A DNA stretch of 15,865 nucleotides, taken from Promethearchaeota archaeon. GTDB taxonomy: Archaea > Asgardarchaeota > Lokiarchaeia > Sigyniarchaeales > SOKP01. The translations under genes and the position numbers were made by a program. Under the pieces are notes generated by a model. That model saw only the letters and a list, made by a program, of their open reading frames with translations, had not been told where the DNA came from and made no database searches. Location of the stretch: the NCBI GenBank assembly GCA_004524535.1, contig SDNY01000083.1, forward strand, positions 1-15,865, read 5' to 3'. This document shows positions 1-8,258 of this stretch, one piece after another (position 1 is the first letter of the stretch; every line of letters starts with the position of its first letter).

Positions 1-1070
1 GCAATTTCTAAAGCCAATTCTGGAAAACCTTTTTTTAAGCCTCCTCCTGCTCCACAGCATTTGGCACTTCCCTTAATCGTTTTCATTTCGATTAAATTCG
101 CCAATTTACTTAGCACTTCTCTTGGTTCTTCGTAAAGGGGATTAATTCCTTCCTTCATACCACAATTTCTTCCCGTGTGGCAAGGATCATGATATGTAGC
201 ATTGATGTCTAAATGTTTTAATTGAATATTTTTTTCGTTTATAATATTACGTACAAAATCAACTGTATGGATTATTTCAATACCTAACTCATCAAGATAT
301 TCACTATAATCTGTTTTTAAAGTTCTATAACAACCAGCACAACTTGTAATTATAGTTTTTACTCCACTTTTCTTAAATAATTCGACATTTTTCATAGCAA
401 CAGAATTAAAAGCTTTTCTGTCCCCGGTTCTCATAGCAACACTCCCACAGCATACTTCACGCTCTCCAAAAACAGAAAAATCCACTCCCAATTTTTTAAG
501 AACCTTTGCTGTATTCACTGCCACTGGTTGAATATCTGGAGTTAAAGCGGCAGTACATCCAACAAAATATAGAACATCTGCTTGCTCAGAATTCGCATCT
601 TTTATTTTAAAATCGAGTTTTTCTATCCAATCGTTTTTTTCTTTATTATCTCGCTGATAAGGATTTAATAACTCAACCATTGCCCGATTCATTGGCACAT
701 GTGCCTCTAAACCGCAGCCAGCATCTACTAATTCGGCTCTTAATGCCTCATAAAAAGCGGCATTATCCATATCATAAGCGCATGCCTCTGCGCAAGCATT
801 ACATGTAGGGCATTGATATATTACCTCTGCCATGTCTTTGCTCAGTTCTAATTTGCCTTGCCAAAGAGATCGAATAATCTGCATTTTTCCCCTACCAAAA
901 AAAGGCTCAAAACCAGATGTGTTTTCTTTGGCCACGCAAACCCCCCACTTAGGGGGATCTGCAGTGTAATCTGTTTGTTCTCTACAATCACCACAGCTTA
1001 TGCATTGCAAAAACATATTACCAAATTTGGCTAAATGCTTATACTTTTCTTTTGGATCAAATACTGTCAT
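1..1070 (-). CDS. CCG-domain (Fe-S)-binding oxidoreductase, HdrD/GlpC/GlcF-like; 3' end runs off the window
   Basis: Not in the ORF track; translated by hand from ATG at 1070: MTVFDPKEKYKHLAKFGNMFLQCISCGDC...GVC...CPTCNACAEAC...YFVGC...EVCCGS...TSCAGCYR...YHDPCHTGR...KCCGAGGG. Two ferredoxin-like Cys clusters plus two CCG domains. The frame stays open to position 1. AGGTGA RBS lies just upstream. Confidence 0.93.
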   Translation of the reverse strand, partial: MTVFDPKEKYKHLAKFGNMFLQCISCGDCREQTDYTADPPKWGVCVAKENTSGFEPFFGRGKMQIIRSLWQGKLELSKDMAEVIYQCPTCNACAEACAYDMDNAAFYEALRAELVDAGCGLEAHVPMNRAMVELLNPYQRDNKEKNDWIEKLDFKIKDANSEQADVLYFVGCTAALTPDIQPVAVNTAKVLKKLGVDFSVFGEREVCCGSVAMRTGDRKAFNSVAMKNVELFKKSGVKTIITSCAGCYRTLKTDYSEYLDELGIEIIHTVDFVRNIINEKNIQLKHLDINATYHDPCHTGRNCGMKEGINPLYEEPREVLSKLANLIEMKTIKGSAKCCGAGGGLKKGFPELALEI

Positions 1071-1082
1071 TTTTTTTATCAC

Positions 1083-2624
1083 CTATTTATAGGGTTCATC
1101 CTCTACTAAGTGTTTTGAAATATCATCCTCATAACTATACATATGAAATTTTTTCGGACTGAGAAGAAAATTTGGATCTACAGTTTTCTTCATATCTTTA
1201 AAAAACTGAGAAAATTCTGGGGTATACGCTCCAGCTTCAACTATAGATTGAGAAATTGCTTCTCCCAACCAATAGTGCGCACCACCATATTGTGTCTGAG
1301 CCCTTAATTTTTTATGCCATAATTTCATAGCAATATCATGTTGTTCATCTGAATTATCTGCATTAAAACCTCCAACAAATACACAATGTCCGTTAGGTAA
1401 TAAGTATATTACCGTAGCGAATAAGGATATGCTTCCTGGAGGAAATTCTCCCCGAAATTTGGCATCAAACTTACCGCTTAATTGTTCTGCATCTGGAATA
1501 TATGATATGGGTATCTTATGGCATGTGGTGCAAGATATTTTAGGAGGTGCTACTGAAATATACTGATTGAAGTAAGTAAAAGCGAATTTATAATCAAAAT
1601 TCCATTCTGTAGATAATGGCTCATCTAAATCGATTTCTTGCCATTCAAAAGGTCTACAAACATTATCTTTGAGCATAATTTCATTCAGTTTTTCCAAATA
1701 CACATCCATAATTCTTTGATCATGTGTTTCCAAACCTATTTGAAATACAGATCCCCTAATTTTAGCTCTTGTTGCAGGTTTATTTTTCGCAATACCTGAT
1801 TTCATTTTTACCACAGGAAGGGGAACTACAATAACATCATGTAGCCCATCAGCTACTTCAGATTGAATCTCGTACAATAATTCATAAACTTTGCTATAGT
1901 CATTTTTATTGAGTATATAACATCTCATTGTTTTTATTGGCGGATCTTTTACTATTCGTAGGAAAGCTTTAGTTTTTATTCCCATCGTTCCTACATCTCC
2001 CATAAAAAGACCCGTAAAATCGGGAGCTACACCATATCGGCAAAAAGGTTTTGCATACTTATTTGCTGCTGATCCTGTTCTTAATATTGTTCCCTCAGGA
2101 TTAGGAAGAACCACCTCTACTCCCAAACATATATCAGGAACTAATCCATATTTAGTTGAGCCGAATCCAGCAGTACTGTTTGATAAACCTCCTCCTACAG
2201 TAGCACTAAAACCACTTCCCGGACCTAAAAAACCAGTTGTCAATCCCTTTTCTGCTAATTTAGAATCCAATTCACCCCAAGTTATTCCACATTCTACTAC
2301 AATATAGTAGTCTTTCTCATTGATTTCGATTATTTTGTTCATTCTAGTAAGATCTAAAAGGATCCCTCCTTCTGAAACAGATCCACCTACAAGATCTGCG
2401 CCTCCGCCTCTAGGGACAATTGGAATCTTATATTTATTTGCAATTTTTACGATCCCAGATACTTCTTCTGTAGTTTCTGGTCGTACTATTATATCAGCCC
2501 ATCTATCAGGAAAAGCAGGGTCAACATTCCGAGAATAAGCTGCTTTCATGAAATCTTTATCAGTAATATAATCTGAGCCTATAACATTTTCAATTTCAGA
2601 ATATGCTTCTTTAATTTTCGACAA
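1083..2624 (-). CDS. FAD-linked oxidoreductase (VAO/PCMH flavoprotein superfamily, GlcD/D-lactate dehydrogenase-like fold), paralog 1
   Basis: 513 aa, TTG start. FAD_binding_4 motifs VRPETTEEV, PRGGG, LDLTRMN, ATVGGGLSN, GTMGI; C-terminal KKTVDPNFLLSP. Confidence 0.9.
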   Translation of the reverse strand: MSKIKEAYSEIENVIGSDYITDKDFMKAAYSRNVDPAFPDRWADIIVRPETTEEVSGIVKIANKYKIPIVPRGGGADLVGGSVSEGGILLDLTRMNKIIEINEKDYYIVVECGITWGELDSKLAEKGLTTGFLGPGSGFSATVGGGLSNSTAGFGSTKYGLVPDICLGVEVVLPNPEGTILRTGSAANKYAKPFCRYGVAPDFTGLFMGDVGTMGIKTKAFLRIVKDPPIKTMRCYILNKNDYSKVYELLYEIQSEVADGLHDVIVVPLPVVKMKSGIAKNKPATRAKIRGSVFQIGLETHDQRIMDVYLEKLNEIMLKDNVCRPFEWQEIDLDEPLSTEWNFDYKFAFTYFNQYISVAPPKISCTTCHKIPISYIPDAEQLSGKFDAKFRGEFPPGSISLFATVIYLLPNGHCVFVGGFNADNSDEQHDIAMKLWHKKLRAQTQYGGAHYWLGEAISQSIVEAGAYTPEFSQFFKDMKKTVDPNFLLSPKKFHMYSYEDDISKHLVEDEPYK

Positions 2625-2691
2625 TTAATCTCACTTATTTTTAGTTTTAAAGTTAATTTAGTTTATTTTTTAAGTTATTTAATTTTAACAC

Positions 2692-4215
2692 CTAATTTTC
2701 TTCTGTTACAATTTTTTTAGAATAATCATAATCATAGCTATACATGTGAAATTTATTTGGACTTAATAAGAAATTTGGATCAACCGCCTTTTTCATATCT
2801 CTAAAAAATCTCATAAATTCTGGAGTGTATGCATCTGCTTCGACAATAGATTGAGAAATCGATTCTCCTAACCAATAATGTATTGCTCCATAACGAACTT
2901 GATGTCTAAGTCTTTTATGCCACATTTTCATGGCGGTCTCACGTTGTTCTTCTACATTATCGGCATTAAATCCACCAACTAATACGCAATTCCCATTAGG
3001 CACTAAAAATATGCACGTTGCGAATAAAGACAAACTTTGAGGAGGGAATTCATTTTTGAATTTAGAATCAAAATTAATACTTTTTTTTACAGCATTTTCT
3101 AGAAATGAGATCGGTACTTTATGACATGTCGTGCACGATATCTTTGGAGGTTGAATGGAGATATATTTATTGAAATAATTATAAGCATATTTTAAGTTAA
3201 ATTTCCAATCATCGGAAGAATCAAGGCTTAGGTCAATTTCCTGCCAATCAAATGCTCTGGCATCATCTTTCATTATTTCCTCCACCTGTTCGACATAAAT
3301 CTCTAAAATGCGTTCATTAAAAGCTTCAAGAGTCAAATTAAACACGGGCCCTCTTATTTTTGGCCTTTTATCCGGTTTTTCTTCTGCCATGCCTGATAAA
3401 AATTTTACCACGGTAAAAGGGACTACTATACAATCATGCAAACCATCCCCAACTTTTTCTTTTAATTCATGCATTAGCTGAAAAACTTTATTGAAATCAT
3501 TTTTATTCATGATGTAATCTTTTTTTACTTTAAATGGAGCATTAGGAAATAATTTCATGAAAGCCTTAGTTTTAATACCCATTGTTCCTACATCTCCCAT
3601 GAACAAGCCGGTAAAATCTGGAGCAAGACCATAACGGCAAAATGGAGCTGCATACCTGCTTGCCGCTGAACCTGTTCTTATTATTGTTCCTTCAGGATTA
3701 GGAAGTACTGCTTCCACTCCTAAACACACGTCAGGAATCGTTCCATATTTAGTAGATCCAAATCCAACGGTTGCATTTGAAAGCCCTCCGCCTATTGTAG
3801 CTGAAAAACCGCTTCCAGGTCCCAGAACTCCGGTCGTTACTCCTTTGAGATGTAATTCTGAGACCAAATTTCCCCAAGTAATTCCACATTCCACTTCGCA
3901 ATAGTAATCATCTTCGTTAATTTCAAGGATTTTATTCATTCTTGTAAGGTCAATGAGAATTCCTCCTTGAGTTACAGAACCACCAACTAGATCAGCCCCT
4001 CCACCTCTTGGAACCATATGGATTTTATATTTATTAGCAATCTTAACAATTTCGGAGACTTCTTCAGTTGTTTCTGGTCTTACTATCATTTCCGCCCATC
4101 TATCAGGAAAAGCAGGGTCGACATTCCGAGAATAAGCTGCTTTCATAAAATCTTTATCGGTAATAAAGTTGGGGCCGATAATATCTTCAATTTCCTTATA
4201 CGCATCTTTTGACAA
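2692..4215 (-). CDS. FAD-linked oxidoreductase, paralog 2
   Basis: 507 aa, TTG start. Same motifs and colinear with paralog 1 over the full length. Confidence 0.9.
   Translation of the reverse strand: MSKDAYKEIEDIIGPNFITDKDFMKAAYSRNVDPAFPDRWAEMIVRPETTEEVSEIVKIANKYKIHMVPRGGGADLVGGSVTQGGILIDLTRMNKILEINEDDYYCEVECGITWGNLVSELHLKGVTTGVLGPGSGFSATIGGGLSNATVGFGSTKYGTIPDVCLGVEAVLPNPEGTIIRTGSAASRYAAPFCRYGLAPDFTGLFMGDVGTMGIKTKAFMKLFPNAPFKVKKDYIMNKNDFNKVFQLMHELKEKVGDGLHDCIVVPFTVVKFLSGMAEEKPDKRPKIRGPVFNLTLEAFNERILEIYVEQVEEIMKDDARAFDWQEIDLSLDSSDDWKFNLKYAYNYFNKYISIQPPKISCTTCHKVPISFLENAVKKSINFDSKFKNEFPPQSLSLFATCIFLVPNGNCVLVGGFNADNVEEQRETAMKMWHKRLRHQVRYGAIHYWLGESISQSIVEADAYTPEFMRFFRDMKKAVDPNFLLSPNKFHMYSYDYDYSKKIVTEEN
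4121..4167. repeat. 47-bp sequence identical to 5748-5794 (3 mismatches to 2524-2570), in the 5' ends of the flavoprotein paralogs
   Basis: acattccgagaataagctgctttcataaaatctttatcggtaataaa read directly at both positions. Confidence 0.9.
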
Positions 4216-4315
4216 TTAATCTCACTTCTTATTGGATATATTATTCAAATCTCTTATTTAATTATTAAATTTAATTTAATATATTAATCTAAGCATATTG
4301 GTCAATGCCTAATTT

Positions 4316-5842
4316 TCATTCATCTTTAACAATATGCTTTGAAATATCGTCGTCATAACTATACATATGGAACTTTTTTGGGCTTAGAAGGAAATTTGGA
4401 TCAACCGTCTTCTTCATATCCTTAAAAAATTGAGCAAATTCCGGTGTATAAGCACCAGCTTCTACTATTGACTGTGAAATTGATTCGCCAAGCCAATAAT
4501 GAGCCCCACCATACCGTACTTGGGCTCTTAATTTCTTATGCCACATATCCATCGCAATTTTTCGCTGATCGTCTCGATTAAAAGCAGTTAACCCCCCTAC
4601 AAAAACACAATGACCATTAGGTAATACGTATATAACCGTTGCCCACAGGGATATGGCTTTCTCAGGAAATTCTTGCCGAAATTTTGCATCAAACTGTGCA
4701 GCTGCTTCTGCTCCTTCTGGAATGAATGATATCGGTACTTTATGACAAGTAGTAAGACTTATCATACCGGGCATAATCCCTATATATTTGTTGAAATAGT
4801 GAAAGATATTCTTTAGTATTATCTCATTTTCTTGCCTCTCCTCAATACTTGCATCTATTTCTTGATATTTAAAAATCCGACAAACATCATCTTTTAACAT
4901 GATTTCCTTGACCTTTTCTTCGTATAACTCTAAAATACGTTCATCTGATGCCTCCAATGATACCCCAAAAGCTGATCCCCTAATCCTTAGTCTTTTTTTA
5001 GGTTTTTCCTTTGCCATTTGTGCCAGCATTTTAAATACCGTGTGAGGAAGTATAGCTAAACTGTTTAATCCATCTTTAACTTCAGTTTGCAATTTATGAG
5101 TTAGTTCCGTTACTTTATTCCAGTCGTTTTTATTGAGCATGAAATTTATCGACTTTCTATATGGTTGAAGAGGAAACAATTTTAAATAGGCTTTAGTCTT
5201 TATGCCCATCGTGCCTACATCTCCCATAAAGAGCCCAGTGAAATCAGGAGCAACCCCGTACCTACAAAATGGTTTCGCATATTTATTTGCCGCTGCACCG
5301 GTTTGCAGAATTGTTCCTTCTGGATTGCATAATACCACTTCTACTCCTAAACATATATCTGGAACTAATCCATATTTAGTTGACCCTGCTCCAGCTGTGC
5401 TATTCGAAAGTCCACCTCCAACTGTCGCAGAATATCCCGATCCCGGACCAAGGACTCCCGTTGTTAGCCCTCTTTGATGTAATTCGGAAACTAAAGCCCC
5501 CCATGTAATACCACATTCAACAACACAATAAAAATCGGTTTCATTAATTTCTATGATATTATTCATCCGAGTGAGGTCCATCAAAATCCCCCCCTCTGAG
5601 ACCGAACCTCCAACTAAATCAGCTCCTCCGCCTCTTGGAACTATCGTGATTTTGTATTTATTGGCAATTTTAACTATATGAGAAACTTCTTCAGTAGACT
5701 CGGGTCTCACAATCATATCAGCCCATCTGTCTGGGAAGGCAGGATCCACATTCCGAGAATAAGCTGCTTTCATAAAATCTTTATCGGTAATAAAATCTGA
5801 ACCGATTATGTCTTCAATTTCCTTATAGGCATTTTTTGACAT
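4316..5842 (-). CDS. FAD-linked oxidoreductase, paralog 3 (first gene of the cluster)
   Basis: 508 aa, ATG start. Same motifs; the cap domain is the most divergent of the three. Confidence 0.9.
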   Translation of the reverse strand: MSKNAYKEIEDIIGSDFITDKDFMKAAYSRNVDPAFPDRWADMIVRPESTEEVSHIVKIANKYKITIVPRGGGADLVGGSVSEGGILMDLTRMNNIIEINETDFYCVVECGITWGALVSELHQRGLTTGVLGPGSGYSATVGGGLSNSTAGAGSTKYGLVPDICLGVEVVLCNPEGTILQTGAAANKYAKPFCRYGVAPDFTGLFMGDVGTMGIKTKAYLKLFPLQPYRKSINFMLNKNDWNKVTELTHKLQTEVKDGLNSLAILPHTVFKMLAQMAKEKPKKRLRIRGSAFGVSLEASDERILELYEEKVKEIMLKDDVCRIFKYQEIDASIEERQENEIILKNIFHYFNKYIGIMPGMISLTTCHKVPISFIPEGAEAAAQFDAKFRQEFPEKAISLWATVIYVLPNGHCVFVGGLTAFNRDDQRKIAMDMWHKKLRAQVRYGGAHYWLGESISQSIVEAGAYTPEFAQFFKDMKKTVDPNFLLSPKKFHMYSYDDDISKHIVKDE

Positions 5843-5845
5843 TAC

Positions 5846-5862
5846 ATCTCACTTATTTTTAG
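5846..5862 (-). promoter_or_regulatory. Conserved leader/RBS CTAAAAATAAGTGAGAT, identical at 2628-2644; core AAGTGAGAT also upstream of paralog 2
   Basis: Same motif at the same spacing before all three start codons. GTGA resembles the archaeal GGTGA Shine-Dalgarno. Confidence 0.7.
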
Positions 5863-5915
5863 ACCTAAGTATTAATATAATTTATTTAATAAATTAATAA
5901 ACCTAACAACATTAA

Positions 5916-6203
5916 TTATCTTTATTTAATTATCTTTTTTTAAATGATACTCCAGTTGCTCAAATAATAGACGGTTTTAATATTTATACCACTTGTATTA
6001 ACGGTAGGATCATTATTGGATTAATTCTTGATAAAGAAGATAATCCCTACGATTATAAAGAGATATTTGAAGAACTCTTAAACGAATTGTTAAATATCGA
6101 AAAAATATGTACATTTAAAGACGAAATTGAAATCGAAAATTTCTTAATTACGGTTTTTATTGATCTTCGTAGATATGGAGATGAATATGTTGCACAACGT
6201 TGA
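5916..6203 (+). pseudogene. Start-less open frame encoding a longin-like domain fragment, probably a remnant of an Asgard longin/small-GTPase-type gene
   Basis: Stop-to-stop frame with no ATG: ...NDTPVAQIIDGFNIYTTCINGRIIIGLILDKEDNPYDYKEIFEELLNELLNIEKICTFKDEIEIENFLITVFIDLRRYGDEYVAQR*. Protein-like strand-strand-helix pattern; the family assignment is from recall. Confidence 0.55.
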
Positions 6204-6363
6204 TTAACAAGTTTTCAAATACATCTACTAAGAGATCATTTACTTTAATAAAATACTTTTCCTCAAGTGATTTTATTTCGATATTTATCATCTTATTTTT
6301 ATAACTTGTATTAAGAAAATCAATGATTAAATTACCTCCGATATCCTTATAACTTTTTTTCAT
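6157..6363 (-). pseudogene. Sensor histidine kinase fragment (start of the HATPase_c domain, N-box)
   Basis: KMINIEIKSLEEKYFIKVNDLLVDVFENLLINVVQH matches the N-box helix (VFxNLLxNAxxH). No H-box upstream and no G1/F/G2 boxes downstream. Confidence 0.65.
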
Positions 6364-6538
6364 TCTAAGAACCTTCCCATTGTATCGAGTAAATTATATT
6401 TTTGATTAAAAAAAATATCATTATGGTTTCCGTCATTAAAGAATATTTAAATATAAATTAATCTTCAATAGCTTAACAATATTAAATAATATATAATATT
6501 CTTTAATATTTAGAATTAAATATGAGAGTCGAAATAGT

Positions 6539-6835
6539 ATGGAAAAACCTTATTGGGCTATAAGTATGATAATATTCATTCTCTTATTTGGTATCTTTTT
6601 TTTTATTTGGGTGATATTATATATTCTTCCCTTTTTTTACAATAGTTTCCCAATAGGTTTTGTTGAAACCTATTATCCACTTAAACAATATGACCAGGGG
6701 GAATTATTTATTCTTCTCTTAAAATACATATTTTTGAATATAATTTTTATTTTGTGGGTGGTATTTGGGATTATATTCGGGATATTATATATAATCGCAA
6801 TAAAAAAAAACCTAATAACAAAAGATACTGAATAG
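6539..6835 (+). CDS. Small hypothetical membrane protein (2 predicted TM helices)
   Basis: 98 aa, ATG start, two long hydrophobic segments and a Lys-rich tail. Confidence 0.65.
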   Translation: MEKPYWAISMIIFILLFGIFFFIWVILYILPFFYNSFPIGFVETYYPLKQYDQGELFILLLKYIFLNIIFILWVVFGIIFGILYIIAIKKNLITKDTE

Positions 6836-6946
6836 AGTTAAGAGATATAGTTTTAAGACTTAGTAAATAAATAAGAGAATTAGGAGTTGCTAAGAAGTAT
6901 TTAGAAGATTCAGAATATCAAGATATTACTTTATAATTCGAATACA

Positions 6947-7726
6947 TTATTGATTTTCTATAGTCTCTACTGTGTCTTTTTCTTTTTTCTTTTCTTTGGG
7001 TTTATATTTTGCCATTATTGCTATTATTACCCATAAAACATATAATATTACAACACCAAAAACCCAGCCAAAAGGATCATCACCGCCACCTTCACCAAAG
7101 AACCATCTTATCGCGAGTATGCCTCCAAGAGCGAAAAAAGACATCATAACAATTCTACTGAGAAACATCCAAATAAAAGTCTTTTTTATATCATATTTAA
7201 CCATCCCTAAAGGAACCATTAATATAGAGTCGGGAAGAGGGGTTAGTCCAAAGATGACGATTGCTGCCGGAATTGCTTTTGGCTTACTTAAAATGAGCTG
7301 ACTCCATCTATTTTGTACTTCAGGGTCTTCCTTACTCAATAAATGCTGTGCCTCTTTTCCTACTAAATAATCAATCAAATCTCCTATAGTATTAGCTAGT
7401 GTGGCAAGAAATACGAGGACTATTATTAATGCCCATGCGGTCAATCCTAAGGTCTTAAACCAAACGGCTGCGAATAATGTAATTGGTAGCGCATACGGGA
7501 TTGGAATAGGGATTAGAGCACCTAGAAAGCAAACAAGCATAACAAATAATAATGCGAGCCAAATTGGTACTTTACCTAGGGTTTCGGAACCGAACCAATT
7601 GCGGATTGAAAAATATTCTCCGAATGTTGGGTTTAAAACGCATAGAATTGTTGCTATAACAATGACTATAAGAAATCCTACAAGAAATATGTCAATTTTT
7701 TTAATAGAATATTTAAAATCTTTCAT
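6947..7726 (-). CDS. DedA/VTT (SNARE-associated) family membrane protein
   Basis: 259 aa, multi-TM. Re-entrant motifs LGALIPIPIPY and FGLTPLPDSILMVPLG, and ANTIGDLIDYLVGK. Confidence 0.8.
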   Translation of the reverse strand: MKDFKYSIKKIDIFLVGFLIVIVIATILCVLNPTFGEYFSIRNWFGSETLGKVPIWLALLFVMLVCFLGALIPIPIPYALPITLFAAVWFKTLGLTAWALIIVLVFLATLANTIGDLIDYLVGKEAQHLLSKEDPEVQNRWSQLILSKPKAIPAAIVIFGLTPLPDSILMVPLGMVKYDIKKTFIWMFLSRIVMMSFFALGGILAIRWFFGEGGGDDPFGWVFGVVILYVLWVIIAIMAKYKPKEKKKEKDTVETIENQ

Positions 7727-7877
7727 AAGAATCAGAAATACAATATTTATTTATTTGAAAAAGAGCTTTAAGTAAAGAAAAAGAAGAAAACCAAATATAA
7801 AAATCTTTTTTAATCTTCCTAAAGAACTTCTATTATTAGATATTATTTGAAGTACTCTATTAAAATTCGTGTAAAAA

Positions 7878-8258
7878 ATGAGTGATAAGAAATTTATTGT
7901 ACAAATAGGAAGTGGTGTCGATCAGCATGGACATAATAATGACTGCACTAATGCTTCGATAAAGGCAATTAAAAATGCAATATCTAACAATTGTTTATGT
8001 GGATTATCGGATATATGTGGGCTTAAGGAACCTAAAGACTTTATGCGTATGAAGGTACACGTGAAGATTGGAGCTCCTTTTCCTGAAAATATAGATAATA
8101 AGAAGATATTAAAAGCGATTCCGTTTGGAGTAAAATCAATCGAGCTAGTAAAAGGGGGACTTGTTGCCCAAGGTATTATGATTAAAGAATTAGGCGATAC
8201 CTCAGATAATATGATTATATGTAATGCTGCGGTAACTGTATCTATAGAATCATCTTAA
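7878..8258 (+). CDS. Lin0512-family protein (function unknown)
   Basis: 126 aa; GSGVDQHG...TNASIKAIKNAI, VHVKIGAP, IPFG, VKGGL, NAAVTV. Its stop shares TTAA (8255-8258) with the convergent arfB stop. Confidence 0.85.
   Translation: MSDKKFIVQIGSGVDQHGHNNDCTNASIKAIKNAISNNCLCGLSDICGLKEPKDFMRMKVHVKIGAPFPENIDNKKILKAIPFGVKSIELVKGGLVAQGIMIKELGDTSDNMIICNAAVTVSIESS

Noticed and set aside
2641-2690. Imperfect AGTT-containing short repeats between paralogs 1 and 2
   Set aside because: Low-complexity spacer with no consistent unit.
2320-5477. Plus-strand ORFs 2320-2538, 4018-4212 and 5202-5477
   Set aside because: Antisense shadows of the well-supported flavoprotein genes, with no recognisable motifs.
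1083-5842. Diversity-generating retroelement or CRISPR explanation for the repeated sequence
   Set aside because: The repeats are paralogous coding sequence; there is no reverse transcriptase, template/variable repeat pair or repeat-spacer periodicity.
6832-6936. Protein-like intergenic frame IELRDIVLRLSK*IRELGVAKKYLEDSEYQDITL*
   Set aside because: Could be another gene remnant, but it is short, has no start, is interrupted by a stop and matches no family I recognise.
6972-7775. Plus-strand ORFs 6972-7301 and 7401-7775
   Set aside because: Antisense to the DedA/VTT gene.
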